A DNA stretch of 64,000 nucleotides from Actinomycetes bacterium. Lineage in GTDB: Bacteria > Actinomycetota > Acidimicrobiia > Acidimicrobiales > Ilumatobacteraceae. Made by a program: the position numbers and the translations under genes. Positions within the stretch are counted from its first letter, which is position 1. The number at the start of each line of letters is the position of its first letter. The notes beneath the pieces are model-generated. The model was not told the origin of the DNA. It searched no databases and saw only the letters and a program-made list of their open reading frames with translations. Location of the stretch: assembly GCA_021414085.1 (NCBI GenBank), contig JAIOPC010000011.1, positions 128,914 to 192,913 of the forward strand, given 5' to 3'. Positions 46,925 to 57,013 of this stretch are shown in pieces.

Positions 46925-48106
46925 GTGGCGCACGCACGGACAGCCGATGTTGCAGTGGTTGGTTTGGGCGGATTGGGTTCTGCGGCTGCCTATTGGTTAG
47001 CTCGCCGCGGTGTCAATGTCGTTGGTTTCGAGCAGTTCGAGCTTGGCCATGTGCGCGGTGCTTCCCACGATCACTCGCGCATCATTCGTCGCTCGTATCA
47101 CACGCCCGAATACGTGCGGCTGACGGCTCAGGCGTACGACGCCTGGCGCGCGGTCGAGGCCGAGAGTCGTCAACGCATGATCACCATCACCGGCGGCATT
47201 GATTTGTTTCCACCCGGTGCGGCCATCGACCACAGCACCTACACCTCCAGCCTGATGGCTGAGCGTGTGCCCTACGAGTGGATCGACGGTGCAGAAGTGC
47301 GCCGACGGTGGCCGGCGTTCGCTGCTGGCAACTTGGTCACCGACGATGTGATGGCGGTCTATTCGCCACAGACAGGCATCGTGCCTGCTGGGCAGGGCAC
47401 ACAGGTCATGCAAGAGCTTGCAACTGCGCGGGGCGCAACGCTGCATGGCAATACGCCGGTGCGCGCCATTCGGCCGGTGGCTGGCGAGGTCGACATTGTC
47501 ACCGACGACGGTGTGTGCCGCGTCGGCAGCGTGATCGTCGCGGCTGACGCATGGACCAGTCGTGTGTTGCAACAACTCGACATTCAGATTCCGCTCGCCG
47601 TCACGCGCGAGCAGGTGAGCTACTTCCCGCGCTCGGACTTGACTGGCTTTGGCGTAGGGAGCTTTCCGGTGTGGATCTGGATGGACGATCCCAGCTACTA
47701 CGGCTTCCCCGTGTTCGGCGATCTGACGGCGGTGAAGGCGGCAGAGGATTGCGGCGGCGCCGAGGTTGACCCCGATCGGCGCACGTTCGAGCCCGATGCA
47801 GGGATGGAGCAGCGACTGCAACAGTTCCTGGAGCGCTTGCTGGGCGCGGGTTTCGGTGCGCCGCGCAGTGTCACGTGCCTGTACACACTGACGTCAGATC
47901 GCGACTTCGTACTTGATCGTTTGCCCGACTACCCGCAGATCTCGGTTGCTCTCGGCGCGGCGCACGGTTTCAAGTTCGCGTCGTGGTTCGGGCGCACGCT
48001 GGCGGGTCTCGCCTGTGGAGAGCCGGTGCCCGACGAACTCGCGCCGTTCGCGTTCACGCGGCCGTCGCTGCATGCGCCGATTGATCGCAGCGCGTGGTTC
48101 GTGTAG
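46925..48106 (+). CDS. FAD-dependent N-methyl-L-tryptophan oxidase / monomeric sarcosine oxidase family
   Basis: DVAVVGLGGLGSAAAYWLA dinucleotide fold. CLYTLTSDRDFVLD holds the covalent-FAD Cys context. HGFKF motif. GTG start. Confidence 0.8.
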   Translation: MAHARTADVAVVGLGGLGSAAAYWLARRGVNVVGFEQFELGHVRGASHDHSRIIRRSYHTPEYVRLTAQAYDAWRAVEAESRQRMITITGGIDLFPPGAAIDHSTYTSSLMAERVPYEWIDGAEVRRRWPAFAAGNLVTDDVMAVYSPQTGIVPAGQGTQVMQELATARGATLHGNTPVRAIRPVAGEVDIVTDDGVCRVGSVIVAADAWTSRVLQQLDIQIPLAVTREQVSYFPRSDLTGFGVGSFPVWIWMDDPSYYGFPVFGDLTAVKAAEDCGGAEVDPDRRTFEPDAGMEQRLQQFLERLLGAGFGAPRSVTCLYTLTSDRDFVLDRLPDYPQISVALGAAHGFKFASWFGRTLAGLACGEPVPDELAPFAFTRPSLHAPIDRSAWFV

Positions 48107-48125
48107 TGAGCTGTTGGTCGGCGGA

Positions 48126-48905
48126 CTACAACGCGGTGCGAATGCTCCACAGCTCGGGGAACAACTCGACCTCAAGCATCGCGCGCAGGTAGCTGACGCC
48201 AGCCGTGCCACCGGTGCCGGTCTTGAAACCGATGATGCGTTGCACAGTGGTGAGGTGTCGGAACCGCCACAGCCGGAACGCGTCTTCCAGATCCACCAGT
48301 TCCTCGCCGAGCTGATACAGATCCCAGTGGGCCTCCGGGTTGCTGTACACCTGCAGCCAGGCGGCCTCCACGCCCGGATCGGCGACATACGGCCCGCTGA
48401 CGTCGCGCTGCAAGACGGCGTCGGGCACCGAGACCCCACGACGGTTCAGGAGTCGCAGCGTTTCGTCATACAGCGACGGTTGCTGCAGCGCCGCTTCAAC
48501 CTCGGCAACGCGGTTCGGTCGGTGGCGGTGTTGTTCGATCATCGCCGACTGCTTGTTGCCACACGCAAACTCAATGCAGCGGTACTGCCAGCTTTGGAAG
48601 CCGCTGCTGTGGCCGAGGTACGCGCGGATGGCCGAATACTCGGGCGGAGTCATCGTTGCCAGCACGTCCCATGCGTGCACCAATTGCTCCATAATCCGGC
48701 TGACGCGGCTGAGCATTTTGAATGCCGGCTGCAGCTGATCGTTGGCCACATTGTCGATCGCGGCGCGCAATTCGTGCAGCATCAACTTCATCCACAGCTC
48801 GCTGGTCTGGTGCTGGATGATGAAGAGCAGCTCGTTGTGATCCGGCGACAGCGGATGTTGCGCCTGCAGCACCTCGTCGAGGTGCAAGTAGTCGCCATAG
48901 TCCAT
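48126..48905 (-). CDS. kynA: tryptophan 2,3-dioxygenase
   Basis: [23 protein letters not shown] and [28 protein letters not shown] (proximal His region). The ATG at 48905 is 8 nt after the upstream stop. Confidence 0.9.
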   Translation of the reverse strand: MDYGDYLHLDEVLQAQHPLSPDHNELLFIIQHQTSELWMKLMLHELRAAIDNVANDQLQPAFKMLSRVSRIMEQLVHAWDVLATMTPPEYSAIRAYLGHSSGFQSWQYRCIEFACGNKQSAMIEQHRHRPNRVAEVEAALQQPSLYDETLRLLNRRGVSVPDAVLQRDVSGPYVADPGVEAAWLQVYSNPEAHWDLYQLGEELVDLEDAFRLWRFRHLTTVQRIIGFKTGTGGTAGVSYLRAMLEVELFPELWSIRTAL

Positions 48906-48913
48906 GGAAGTCG

Positions 48914-50113
48914 TCACTTCGCCTCGACCTTCTTCTTGGGTGGCGGGACGCCGACTGCCGGCGCCGTGTCGGCCCACTCGGGCCAGCGGCGACGACTGAC
49001 GATGCTGAGTGTGCGCAATAGCCGCATCGCCACTTCGTCTTCTTGAGCGGGGCGAGCGATGATCGTGCCGTCGTCGATCATCCGCTTGATCACTTCCTCG
49101 CCCAGTTCGGTGCGCACGATCGTCAGCGTCCAGTCGTTGTCTTTGCCGATGCCGCCGGTGGCGATGTCGCTGTGCTCGGCGGCGAAGTCGGGGCAGTTCT
49201 TGCAACCCTGACGGGTCCATTGATGGCATTCCTTCAGGTCGATCTCGTGATACGAGCCGTCTTTCATCCAGATCTGGAACACGCCTTTGATGTTCATCTT
49301 CACCATGTCTTGCTTGTGCAAGCCGTACTTGGCTTCAAACAACTCGGGGAAGATGGCGTCGTCGAATGTCTTGCTGCACAGCAGACCAATGTTGAACAAG
49401 AACGGCTTGCTGACTTTGCCCGCTTTGCGATCCCACATGATCGGCGGCGACGAGGTTTGGCAACCCATGCCCACCAGGGCGAGCTTGTCGAAGCCCTGTT
49501 CTTTCGCTTCCCGAAGCGCAAGCGGATTCGCGCAGTATGTGTAGCGGCTGCCGGCCGTGGCCAGCACCTCCTCCTTGTTGCGGGCGAGAACCGGCTTCGC
49601 TTTCCACGCATCGTCGTCCTCGACGCCGCTGACCATTGCCGCTTGGATGTAGTCGTTGTCCATCAGCCAGCTCAGCATCGCGGTGACGAAGCCACCGTCT
49701 TGGCCCATCTTGTGTTGGGTTTCATCGGTTGCACGCGTCAGCAGTAGCTGCCGCCAAACGCCGCTCATCTCCTCGGGTTGACGGACGCGACCAAATAGGT
49801 GCAGATCGGCCGCTGGTTCCCATGCGCGAAATCGTGGGCAGGCACGCGTGCACGTTGTGCAGCCCTTCACACCATGCCCGCAGTCGCTGAGGCCGAGCTC
49901 TTCCTCTAGATGGAACGGGATGTACTTTCCTTCTTCGTGTTCGTACCCGATCACATCGTGAGGGCAGGTGACCACGCAACCCGCACATCCGGTGCACAAC
50001 CCGGTAGTGATGACCTCCGCATAGAGCTCTTTCCACTGCGCCGTCCACCGACCAGCCTGCGCGGGGGTCTGCAGGTCGTTAGGTCGCGCGGCGTCCGCCT
50101 GGGCGTTTGTCAT
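48914..50113 (-). CDS. FrhB/FdhB-family (coenzyme F420 hydrogenase/dehydrogenase beta-like) FeS flavoprotein
   Basis: N-terminal ferredoxin motifs [14 protein letters not shown] and CTTCTRACP. FrhB-like core (GQDGGFVTA.., GSRYTY, LVGMGCQ). Start set to the ATG at 50113. Confidence 0.75.
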   Translation of the reverse strand: MTNAQADAARPNDLQTPAQAGRWTAQWKELYAEVITTGLCTGCAGCVVTCPHDVIGYEHEEGKYIPFHLEEELGLSDCGHGVKGCTTCTRACPRFRAWEPAADLHLFGRVRQPEEMSGVWRQLLLTRATDETQHKMGQDGGFVTAMLSWLMDNDYIQAAMVSGVEDDDAWKAKPVLARNKEEVLATAGSRYTYCANPLALREAKEQGFDKLALVGMGCQTSSPPIMWDRKAGKVSKPFLFNIGLLCSKTFDDAIFPELFEAKYGLHKQDMVKMNIKGVFQIWMKDGSYHEIDLKECHQWTRQGCKNCPDFAAEHSDIATGGIGKDNDWTLTIVRTELGEEVIKRMIDDGTIIARPAQEDEVAMRLLRTLSIVSRRRWPEWADTAPAVGVPPPKKKVEAK

Positions 50114-50153
50114 GCCGATGACAATAGGTGACGTTCGGCTGAACCCAAAAGGG

Positions 50154-51221
50154 TCAGGGGTTGTCGGCCAGTGCGAAGCGGATGGCGTCGGCGATCTGCG
50201 GTGCCCGGTAGCGGGCGAAGCTGTCGGTGATGTGATGTTCGTCGCGGTACACAACCAAGCTGCCGATGACTGCCGGGCAGAACGTGTCGGTACAGAACCA
50301 GTTGGATGGATCGACGAAGGTTGCGTGATGCTGTCGCGCTGCGTCGGCGAGAACCGACAGTCGGTCGTCGCGCACCGCCTTGGCGCGCGAGTTGCCACAA
50401 CGAGTGACGTCGTTGAGGTGGCGCCGCACACAGTTAGGAACGTTGTCGCCCTTCGTCTTTGGGGTGTCGCCGATCACCAGCAGCTTGGTGCCCGGCGCAC
50501 TGACAGCATCCAGGCTGCGGCCCAGCCCTTCTCCCCACTCCCTCAGGCCATCTGCGCCGCTATGGCCGACCACGCTGCGTCGCGAGAGCATTGGGAACAC
50601 CACGAGATCCGGCTGCAGCAGCGCGATGTACATCAGCGCGTTCTTCCTCCAGGCGTTGCATGCGGTGTACGGCTCGTCGAAGTGTTCGGGGTCGATCGAC
50701 GAGTAGACGAACACATCGGCCGTCGGGCATCCGGACTTGTCGACCGTCACGATCTTCCAATGGTTGGCCTTGCCCGCTTCGTCGAACGCGCTGAACCAGG
50801 CAGTCGCGTGCGAGTCACCCGTCACGACCACGACCACGTCGGACGTGGTGTCGCCGAACTCGCAACCGTCTTTAGGGACAGTCGCACTCCACGACAAGTG
50901 GCACCCGTTGCCGTACAGCGGCGATTCGTCGCCGCCTGCTGATGAAACTGGCGTGCCCTCGGGAACTGCATCACGCGATGCCGCGCCAACCACATCGAGC
51001 AGGACTCCGGTGTAGAGGGCAGGCAGTGTCGTGGTGGTCGTCGAAGAAGTGCTGGTGGTCGATGAAGAGCTAGTTGTCACGGCGATCGACGGTGCGGAGG
51101 TGGTCGCTGGACTCGGACTGTCTTGTGTCGGAGGAGCGCCCTCGGCCGTAGAGCACGCCACTGCCGCAGCAAGAAGCGTTGTCGCTAGCGCGACTCGTGC
51201 GAGCGACTCAACGCGGCTCAT
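50154..51221 (-). CDS. SGNH-hydrolase-domain lipoprotein (OafA C-terminal-domain-like)
   Basis: Lipobox LLAAAVAC. Ser/Thr-rich linker. VTGDSHA motif and many conserved Cys. The start overlaps the FNT stop by 14 nt. Confidence 0.7.
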   Translation of the reverse strand: MSRVESLARVALATTLLAAAVACSTAEGAPPTQDSPSPATTSAPSIAVTTSSSSTTSTSSTTTTTLPALYTGVLLDVVGAASRDAVPEGTPVSSAGGDESPLYGNGCHLSWSATVPKDGCEFGDTTSDVVVVVTGDSHATAWFSAFDEAGKANHWKIVTVDKSGCPTADVFVYSSIDPEHFDEPYTACNAWRKNALMYIALLQPDLVVFPMLSRRSVVGHSGADGLREWGEGLGRSLDAVSAPGTKLLVIGDTPKTKGDNVPNCVRRHLNDVTRCGNSRAKAVRDDRLSVLADAARQHHATFVDPSNWFCTDTFCPAVIGSLVVYRDEHHITDSFARYRAPQIADAIRFALADNP

Positions 51222-52017
51222 GTTCGCCGCGCAGGTAGACGAACCAGTAGACCAGGCCGACGAGCACTGCGCCGCCGATGATGTTGCCGATCGTGACGGG
51301 TAGCAGGTTGTCGACGAGGAAGTGTTGCCACGTGACATGACCAGTGGTTGGAGAAGAGAACAGCGCGACAGGGAAGAAGTACATGTTGGCCACGCTGTGT
51401 TCGAAACCCGCCGCCACGAACGCCGCGATCGGCGGCACGATCACAACGATCTTGTCGACCAACGTGCGTGCCGACAGCGTCATCCACACTGCAAGACAGA
51501 CGAGACAGTTGGCGAGCACTGCACTGGAGATGGCCTGACCAAAGTGCAGTGAGCCCTTCGTTTCGGCGATCGCCTGGGCGCGGGCGCCGACGGCACCATC
51601 GCCAGCCTTCAGTTGCCCTGACCAAACCACCAAAGCGGCGGTCGCGAGTGCGCCGACGAAGTTGGAGAGGTACACGACGAGCCAGTTGCGCAACAGCTTC
51701 GCCGCCGTCACCTTGCGACCGGCGAACGCCACGACGATCAACGTGTTGCCGGTGAACAGCTCGGCGCCGCTGACCACCACGAGAATGAGCCCGAGTGAAA
51801 ACACCACGCCACCGAGCAGACGAGTGACGCCGGGTGCCGACCCGCCACCAGCGGTGACGACCGTCGCAAAGTTGGCACCAAGTGCGATGAACGCGCCGGC
51901 AAGCATCCCGAGGGGTATCAGTCGATGCAACGGCAGGTTGGCTTTGGCAACGCCAACTTGCTCGGCCTTAGCTGCCATCGCCGCTGGGAGCAGCGCATCG
52001 AGGGACTGGTCGGTCAT
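51208..52017 (-). CDS. formate/nitrite transporter (FNT) family channel
   Basis: GAELFTGN and GFEHSVANMYFFP signature motifs. Six TM helices. Start set to the ATG at 52017. Confidence 0.88.
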   Translation of the reverse strand: MTDQSLDALLPAAMAAKAEQVGVAKANLPLHRLIPLGMLAGAFIALGANFATVVTAGGGSAPGVTRLLGGVVFSLGLILVVVSGAELFTGNTLIVVAFAGRKVTAAKLLRNWLVVYLSNFVGALATAALVVWSGQLKAGDGAVGARAQAIAETKGSLHFGQAISSAVLANCLVCLAVWMTLSARTLVDKIVVIVPPIAAFVAAGFEHSVANMYFFPVALFSSPTTGHVTWQHFLVDNLLPVTIGNIIGGAVLVGLVYWFVYLRGEHEPR

Positions 52018-52040
52018 ACCGATGACATTAGGGGACGGGC

Positions 52041-52367
52041 ATGGTGAGTACGCTCCCCGCCATGACTGATGCATCCCAAACAGGAATCCGAATCACCGCA
52101 AGGTTCTTCCCGCTGATGTGGATTCTCTTCTTCATCAAGCCGCGGGTCGGGGTCGATGGCTCCGACATGCAAACCGCGTGGAAGACGCCGACCTTCATCC
52201 CCACCACGCCAGGTCAGCACACGGTGACGTGCTACTTCCCGTACTTCTTTCCGAAGAAGGCTGGCGCCGGAGAAATTGCCGTCAATGTCGCGCAAGGCCA
52301 AGTCGTCGACGTCACGTACAAGGCTCCGTGGATCGTGTTCCTGAAGGGCCGGATGTCGGTCGCCTAG
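52041..52367 (+). CDS. small conserved actinobacterial hypothetical protein
   Basis: 108 aa: N-terminal hydrophobic segment plus a beta-rich tail (TPGQHTVTCYFPYFF...VDVTYKAP). Alternative start at 52062. Confidence 0.55.
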   Translation: MVSTLPAMTDASQTGIRITARFFPLMWILFFIKPRVGVDGSDMQTAWKTPTFIPTTPGQHTVTCYFPYFFPKKAGAGEIAVNVAQGQVVDVTYKAPWIVFLKGRMSVA

Positions 52368-53677
52368 ACCGTGATGCGGTCGAGCACTGCAGCTCTTTCG
52401 GGTTTCGCGCGGCCTCCGATTTGGTAGGCCGCGCGAAGCAGTTCCGTCGCCGTTGCTACCTGAGCATCGGTCTGAGCGTGAACGATGGCGAGTGGGCGAT
52501 CAGCGCCGACAACGTCGCCAAGGCCGGCGAGCGCCGTGAGGCCGACGGCGTGATCGACTGAGTCTTGCGGCCGGGTGCGCCCGCCGCCGAGTGCGACGAC
52601 GACCATTCCGACTGCGCGTGTATCAATTGCAGTGACGGGTCCCGGCTTTAGCGGTGCGACCGCGACCTGCAGCGGCGCCTTCTTCATGTGCTTCCACGGA
52701 TCAGCGATGAAGTCTTTCGGTCCGCCGAGCGCGGCGACCATCTGATCGAACTTCTCGGCGGCTGCCCCGGAATCGAGTGCCGCTTGCAGCTTCGCGCGTG
52801 CGGCTTTCTGCGAGGTTGCCAACTTGCCCAGAAGCATCATCTCGGCACACAACGCCATCACGACATCGTGCATGCGCGGCTCACGGCGCGCACCGGTGAG
52901 ATAGTCGACGGCGTACGCCACCTCTACGGCGTTGCCTGCTGCATCGGCAAGGGGTCGATCCATGTCGGTGATCAATGCTGTTGTCGGCAACCCGGCGCCC
53001 GTCGCCACCTTGGCAATGCTGCGCGCGAGTTCGCGCGCCTTGGGCAGCGTTGGCATGAAGGCGCCGTTGCCGCACTTCACATCCATCGCCAATCCCTGTA
53101 AACCGGCGGCCAGTTTCTTGGACAGGATCGAAGCCGTGATCAGGCCGATGCTCTCGACGGTTGCCGTGACGTCGCGGATGCCATACAACCGCTTGTCGGC
53201 CGGAGCGAGGTCGGGCGTTTGGCCGATCACTGCGCAGCCGACCGAGCGCACGACTGATCGAAACTTGTCCATCGGCGGCGAGGCCGCATAGCCGGGTATC
53301 GCTTCGAACTTGTCGTAGGTGCCACCCGTGTGTCCGAGCCCGCGACCCGAGATCATCGGCACGAAACCCCCGCAGGCGGCGATCATCGGCGCCAACATCA
53401 GGCTGACGGTGTCGCCAACGCCGCCGGTGGAGTGCTTGTCGACGACCGGGCCGGGCAGGTCGTCCCAGTTCAGGACTGTGCCGCTGTCGCGCATTGCCTT
53501 GGTGAGCGCCACTCGCTCGGCGATGTTCATGCCGTTGAAGTAGACGGCCATAGCAAACGCCGCCGCCTGGCCTTCGGTCACTTTGTCGGTGGTGAGGCCA
53601 GCAATGAACTCGGCGATGTCGCCGTCGGCCAGAACTTGTCCGTCCCGCTTTGCACGAATGACTTCCTGGGGGATCAT
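52364..53677 (-). CDS. deoA: thymidine (pyrimidine-nucleoside) phosphorylase
   Basis: IRAKRDG, FAMAVYFNGM, DKHSTGGVGD motifs. Confidence 0.93.
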   Translation of the reverse strand: MIPQEVIRAKRDGQVLADGDIAEFIAGLTTDKVTEGQAAAFAMAVYFNGMNIAERVALTKAMRDSGTVLNWDDLPGPVVDKHSTGGVGDTVSLMLAPMIAACGGFVPMISGRGLGHTGGTYDKFEAIPGYAASPPMDKFRSVVRSVGCAVIGQTPDLAPADKRLYGIRDVTATVESIGLITASILSKKLAAGLQGLAMDVKCGNGAFMPTLPKARELARSIAKVATGAGLPTTALITDMDRPLADAAGNAVEVAYAVDYLTGARREPRMHDVVMALCAEMMLLGKLATSQKAARAKLQAALDSGAAAEKFDQMVAALGGPKDFIADPWKHMKKAPLQVAVAPLKPGPVTAIDTRAVGMVVVALGGGRTRPQDSVDHAVGLTALAGLGDVVGADRPLAIVHAQTDAQVATATELLRAAYQIGGRAKPERAAVLDRITV

Positions 53678-53689
53678 CCCCTCAAGCTA

Positions 53690-54679
53690 ATGGTGACACC
53701 GCCATCGCGACCGGGCAGACTTGGCGAAGTGAAAACTGAAGTCGCAACCCCGACGGCGTCGGCCGTGTTTGCCCCTCGGTCCCGTAGTGGGGTTGCGTTG
53801 CGCGTCACGCCGGTCGACGAGGTCGGGCTGGAAGCACGCGCTAAGACCTTCACTACCCGCTCGATCAAGACCTCGTCGAAGCGAGCCGCCATCGATCTCG
53901 CCGTCTCGTGCATCGACTTGACGACGCTGGAAGGCATGGATACGCCGGGCAAGGTGGCTGCGCTGTGCCGTAAGGCCGTGCGACCCGACCCGAGCAACCC
54001 GGCGGTCCCGTCGGTAGCTGCCGTGTGTGTGTATCCGCAGTTGGTGCCGGTCGCGGTCACGCATACCAACGGAACCGGGGTTCATGTCGCCAGCGTGGCG
54101 GGGGCCTTCCCGAGCGGCCAATCATCCCTCGCGGTACGTATCGCCGACATCGAGCAAGCCGTCGCCGATGGCGCGGACGAAATCGACATCGTGATCAGCC
54201 GCGGCGCCTTTCTCGCCGGTGATTACAACTACGTGTTCAACGAGATCGAAGCCCAAAAGGTTGCCTGCGGGCCAGCGCACCTGAAGGTCATCCTCGAGAC
54301 CGGCGAGCTCGGTTCCTACGACCAGATCAGAAAGGCCTCGATGCTGGCCATGGCTGCGGGGGCCGACTTCATCAAGACCAGCACCGGCAAGGTCGCCCAC
54401 AACTCATCGATGCCGGTCGCGTTGTGCATGGCCGAGGCCATCCGCGATTACGCCGAGCAGACCGGCGAGATCGTCGGGCTGAAGGTCGCGGGTGGCATTC
54501 GAACCGCGAAACAGGCGTGGCATTATCTTGTGCTCATCGCAGAAACGCTGGGTACGCAGTGGCTCACGCCGGACCTGTTCCGCATCGGGGCGTCGAGTTT
54601 GCTCAACGATCTTCTCTTGCAAGTACAGAAGCTCGACACCGGTCGTTATTCCGGCCCTAACTATGTGAGCGTGGACTGA
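53690..54679 (+). CDS. deoC: deoxyribose-phosphate aldolase (long actinobacterial form)
   Basis: IDLTTLEG, VCVYP and Schiff-base Lys in DFIKTSTGK. Start is the ATG at 53690 or the GTG at 53729. Confidence 0.88.
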   Translation: MVTPPSRPGRLGEVKTEVATPTASAVFAPRSRSGVALRVTPVDEVGLEARAKTFTTRSIKTSSKRAAIDLAVSCIDLTTLEGMDTPGKVAALCRKAVRPDPSNPAVPSVAAVCVYPQLVPVAVTHTNGTGVHVASVAGAFPSGQSSLAVRIADIEQAVADGADEIDIVISRGAFLAGDYNYVFNEIEAQKVACGPAHLKVILETGELGSYDQIRKASMLAMAAGADFIKTSTGKVAHNSSMPVALCMAEAIRDYAEQTGEIVGLKVAGGIRTAKQAWHYLVLIAETLGTQWLTPDLFRIGASSLLNDLLLQVQKLDTGRYSGPNYVSVD

Positions 54680-56170
54680 ATGGCTGACGCGATCGAACCT
54701 GCGGGCGTCAAGTTCAACCTCGAGTACGCGCCCGCGCTTGAGTCGACGTCGATCGTCAAAATCGACGCCGAGTACGGGCTCTTCATCGGTGGCAAATTCG
54801 TGGAACCCAAGAGTGGTGAAACGTTCGCAACCGTTTCGCCCTCCACTGAGGAAACGCTCGCGCGTATCTCGTCGGCGTCGGCGGCCGACGTCGACCGGGC
54901 CGTGAAGGCGGCCCGCAAGGCGCAGACCGAGATCTGGGGGCCGATGTCCGGCCGCGATCGCGCGAAGTACTTGTTCCGAATAGCGCGTCAGCTGCAGGAG
55001 CGCGCCCGCGAGTTTGCGGTGCTCGAGACCATCGACGGTGGCAAGCCGATCAGGGAAAGCCGCGATGTCGACGTTCCGCTCGCCGCGGCACATTTCTTCT
55101 ACCACGCTGGCTGGGCCGACAAGCTCGAGTACGCGTTTCCCGATCGGCGCATCGCGCCGAAGGGAGTCGTTGGCCAGATCATCCCGTGGAACTTTCCGCT
55201 GCTGATGTTGGCGTGGAAGGTGGCACCCGCGCTCGCCACTGGCAACACCGTTGTACTCAAACCGGCCGAGACAACGTCGCTCACCGCGTTGCTGTTTGCT
55301 CAATTGCTGCAAGACATCGACCTGCCGCCGGGCGTTGTCAACATCGTCACCGGTGCTGGCGCGACCGGCTCGGCATTGGTTGAGCACAAAGATGTCGACA
55401 AGTTGGCGTTTACCGGATCGACGTCGGTTGGCAAGCAGATCCAGCGCTCGGCCGCAGCTCGCGGTGTGCCACTGACGCTCGAGTTAGGTGGCAAGGCGGC
55501 GCACATCGTGTTTGAGGATGCGGCGCTTGATCAAGCGGTCGAGGGTGTCATCAACGGCATCTACTTCAACCAGGGTCACGTGTGTTGTGCAGGTTCTCGT
55601 CTGCTGGTGCAGGAATCGATCGCCGAATCTTTCGTTGACCGTCTGAAGAACCGGCTCGCGACGGTGCGCGTGGGGAACCCGCTCGACAAGAACACCGATG
55701 TTGGGGCGATCAACTCCGCCGAGCAACTCGGTCGCATCACCGAACTCGTCGCGGCGGGTGTTGCCGAAGGTGCCGAGCTCTATCAACCGGAATGCTCCTT
55801 GCCCGACCGGGGCTACTGGTTCCGGCCGACGATCTTCACCAACGTGCAGCAGAGCCATCGCATCGCGCGCGAGGAAATCTTCGGCCCGGTCTTGTCGGTG
55901 CTGACGTTCCGCACCCCAGAAGAAGCGGTGGCAAAGGCCAACGACACGCAGTACGGCCTGTCGGCGGGAATCTGGACCGAGAAAGGTTCCAAGATCTTGT
56001 GGATGGCCAACGAACTCGATGCTGGTGTCGTCTGGGCTAACACGTTCAATCAATTCGACGCCGCGAGTCCGTTTGGTGGATATAAGGAGAGTGGGTTCGG
56101 CCGCGAGGGCGGACTGCAGGGTCTGGCACCTTATGTTTCACTGTCGTCGCCGAAGCGGGGTTCGCGATGA
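54680..56170 (+). CDS. NAD(P)-dependent aldehyde dehydrogenase
   Basis: Complete ALDH: IIPWNFP, LKPAE, FTGST, ELGGK, and catalytic Cys in NQGHVCCAGSRL. Confidence 0.92.
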   Translation: MADAIEPAGVKFNLEYAPALESTSIVKIDAEYGLFIGGKFVEPKSGETFATVSPSTEETLARISSASAADVDRAVKAARKAQTEIWGPMSGRDRAKYLFRIARQLQERAREFAVLETIDGGKPIRESRDVDVPLAAAHFFYHAGWADKLEYAFPDRRIAPKGVVGQIIPWNFPLLMLAWKVAPALATGNTVVLKPAETTSLTALLFAQLLQDIDLPPGVVNIVTGAGATGSALVEHKDVDKLAFTGSTSVGKQIQRSAAARGVPLTLELGGKAAHIVFEDAALDQAVEGVINGIYFNQGHVCCAGSRLLVQESIAESFVDRLKNRLATVRVGNPLDKNTDVGAINSAEQLGRITELVAAGVAEGAELYQPECSLPDRGYWFRPTIFTNVQQSHRIAREEIFGPVLSVLTFRTPEEAVAKANDTQYGLSAGIWTEKGSKILWMANELDAGVVWANTFNQFDAASPFGGYKESGFGREGGLQGLAPYVSLSSPKRGSR

Positions 56171-57009
56171 ATGAGCGTCTCGACGTGCAGAAGACCTACA
56201 AGCTGTTCATCGGTGGCGCGTTCCCGCGGTCCGAATCTGGGCGCACGTTTGCCGTGCACGCGCCTGATGGCTCGCTCATCGCCAACGTGGCGTCGGCATC
56301 GCGCAAAGACTTGCGCGATGCGGTCGTTGCCGCGCGATCGGCGCAGACCGGATGGGCTGCGCGCACGGCCTACAACCGCGGTCAGATTCTGTACCGAGTC
56401 GCTGAGGTGATGGAAGGTCGCCGCACGCAATTCGTTGAAGAGCTTTGCCGGTGTGGCGTGAAAGCTGCCACCGCCGAACTAGAAGTAGACCGCGCCATTG
56501 ATCGCTGGGTTTGGTACGCCGGCTGGTGCGACAAGTTCCACCACATCGCCGGCACGGTGAACTCGGTGGCAGGTCCGTACTTCAACTTCACGACACCCGA
56601 ACCCACCGGCGTGGTTGGCATCTTGGCTCCCGAGAAGCCGGGGCTGCTCGGGCTCGTCTCTCGGCTGGCGCCCGCGCTTGTGAGCGGCAACACTGCGGTC
56701 GTGTTGACGGGGGAGGCTTCGCCCCTGACCGCTGTCAGCATGGCCGAGGTTGTCGCCACCTCCGACGTACCTGGTGGCGTGGTCAACATCCTGACGGGTG
56801 CGACGCACGAACTGCTGCCGTGGCTGCTTGGGCATCGCGATGTCAACGCCGTCGATCTCACCGGCGCGCCGGATCTGGAAGCGTCGGTTGTTGCCGAGGC
56901 CGCCGACAACGTGAAACGGTTGATCCGCGGCGAACCCGACGACCAGAGCCCGTACGTCATCGCCGACTTCTGCGAGATGAAGACTGTTTGGCACCCAATC
57001 GGGCGTTGA
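56167..57009 (+). CDS. ALDH-family protein lacking the catalytic domain (predicted non-catalytic)
   Basis: 280 aa. Aligns with ALDH residues about 30-300 and then with the extreme C-terminal tail (EMKTVW). WNFP becomes PEKP and KPAE becomes LTGE. No ELGGK Glu or catalytic Cys. ATGA overlap with the upstream ALDH. Confidence 0.8.
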   Translation: MNERLDVQKTYKLFIGGAFPRSESGRTFAVHAPDGSLIANVASASRKDLRDAVVAARSAQTGWAARTAYNRGQILYRVAEVMEGRRTQFVEELCRCGVKAATAELEVDRAIDRWVWYAGWCDKFHHIAGTVNSVAGPYFNFTTPEPTGVVGILAPEKPGLLGLVSRLAPALVSGNTAVVLTGEASPLTAVSMAEVVATSDVPGGVVNILTGATHELLPWLLGHRDVNAVDLTGAPDLEASVVAEAADNVKRLIRGEPDDQSPYVIADFCEMKTVWHPIGR

Positions 57010-57013
57010 TGTC

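Noticed and set aside
56167-57009. Short ALDH gene as a simple pseudogene
   Set aside because: The ORF is intact, starts with an ATGA overlap to the upstream gene and ends 4 nt before alaX. It retains both the N-terminal half and the C-terminal tail in frame, which is a clean domain deletion rather than decay. I kept it as a CDS and flagged it as probably non-catalytic.
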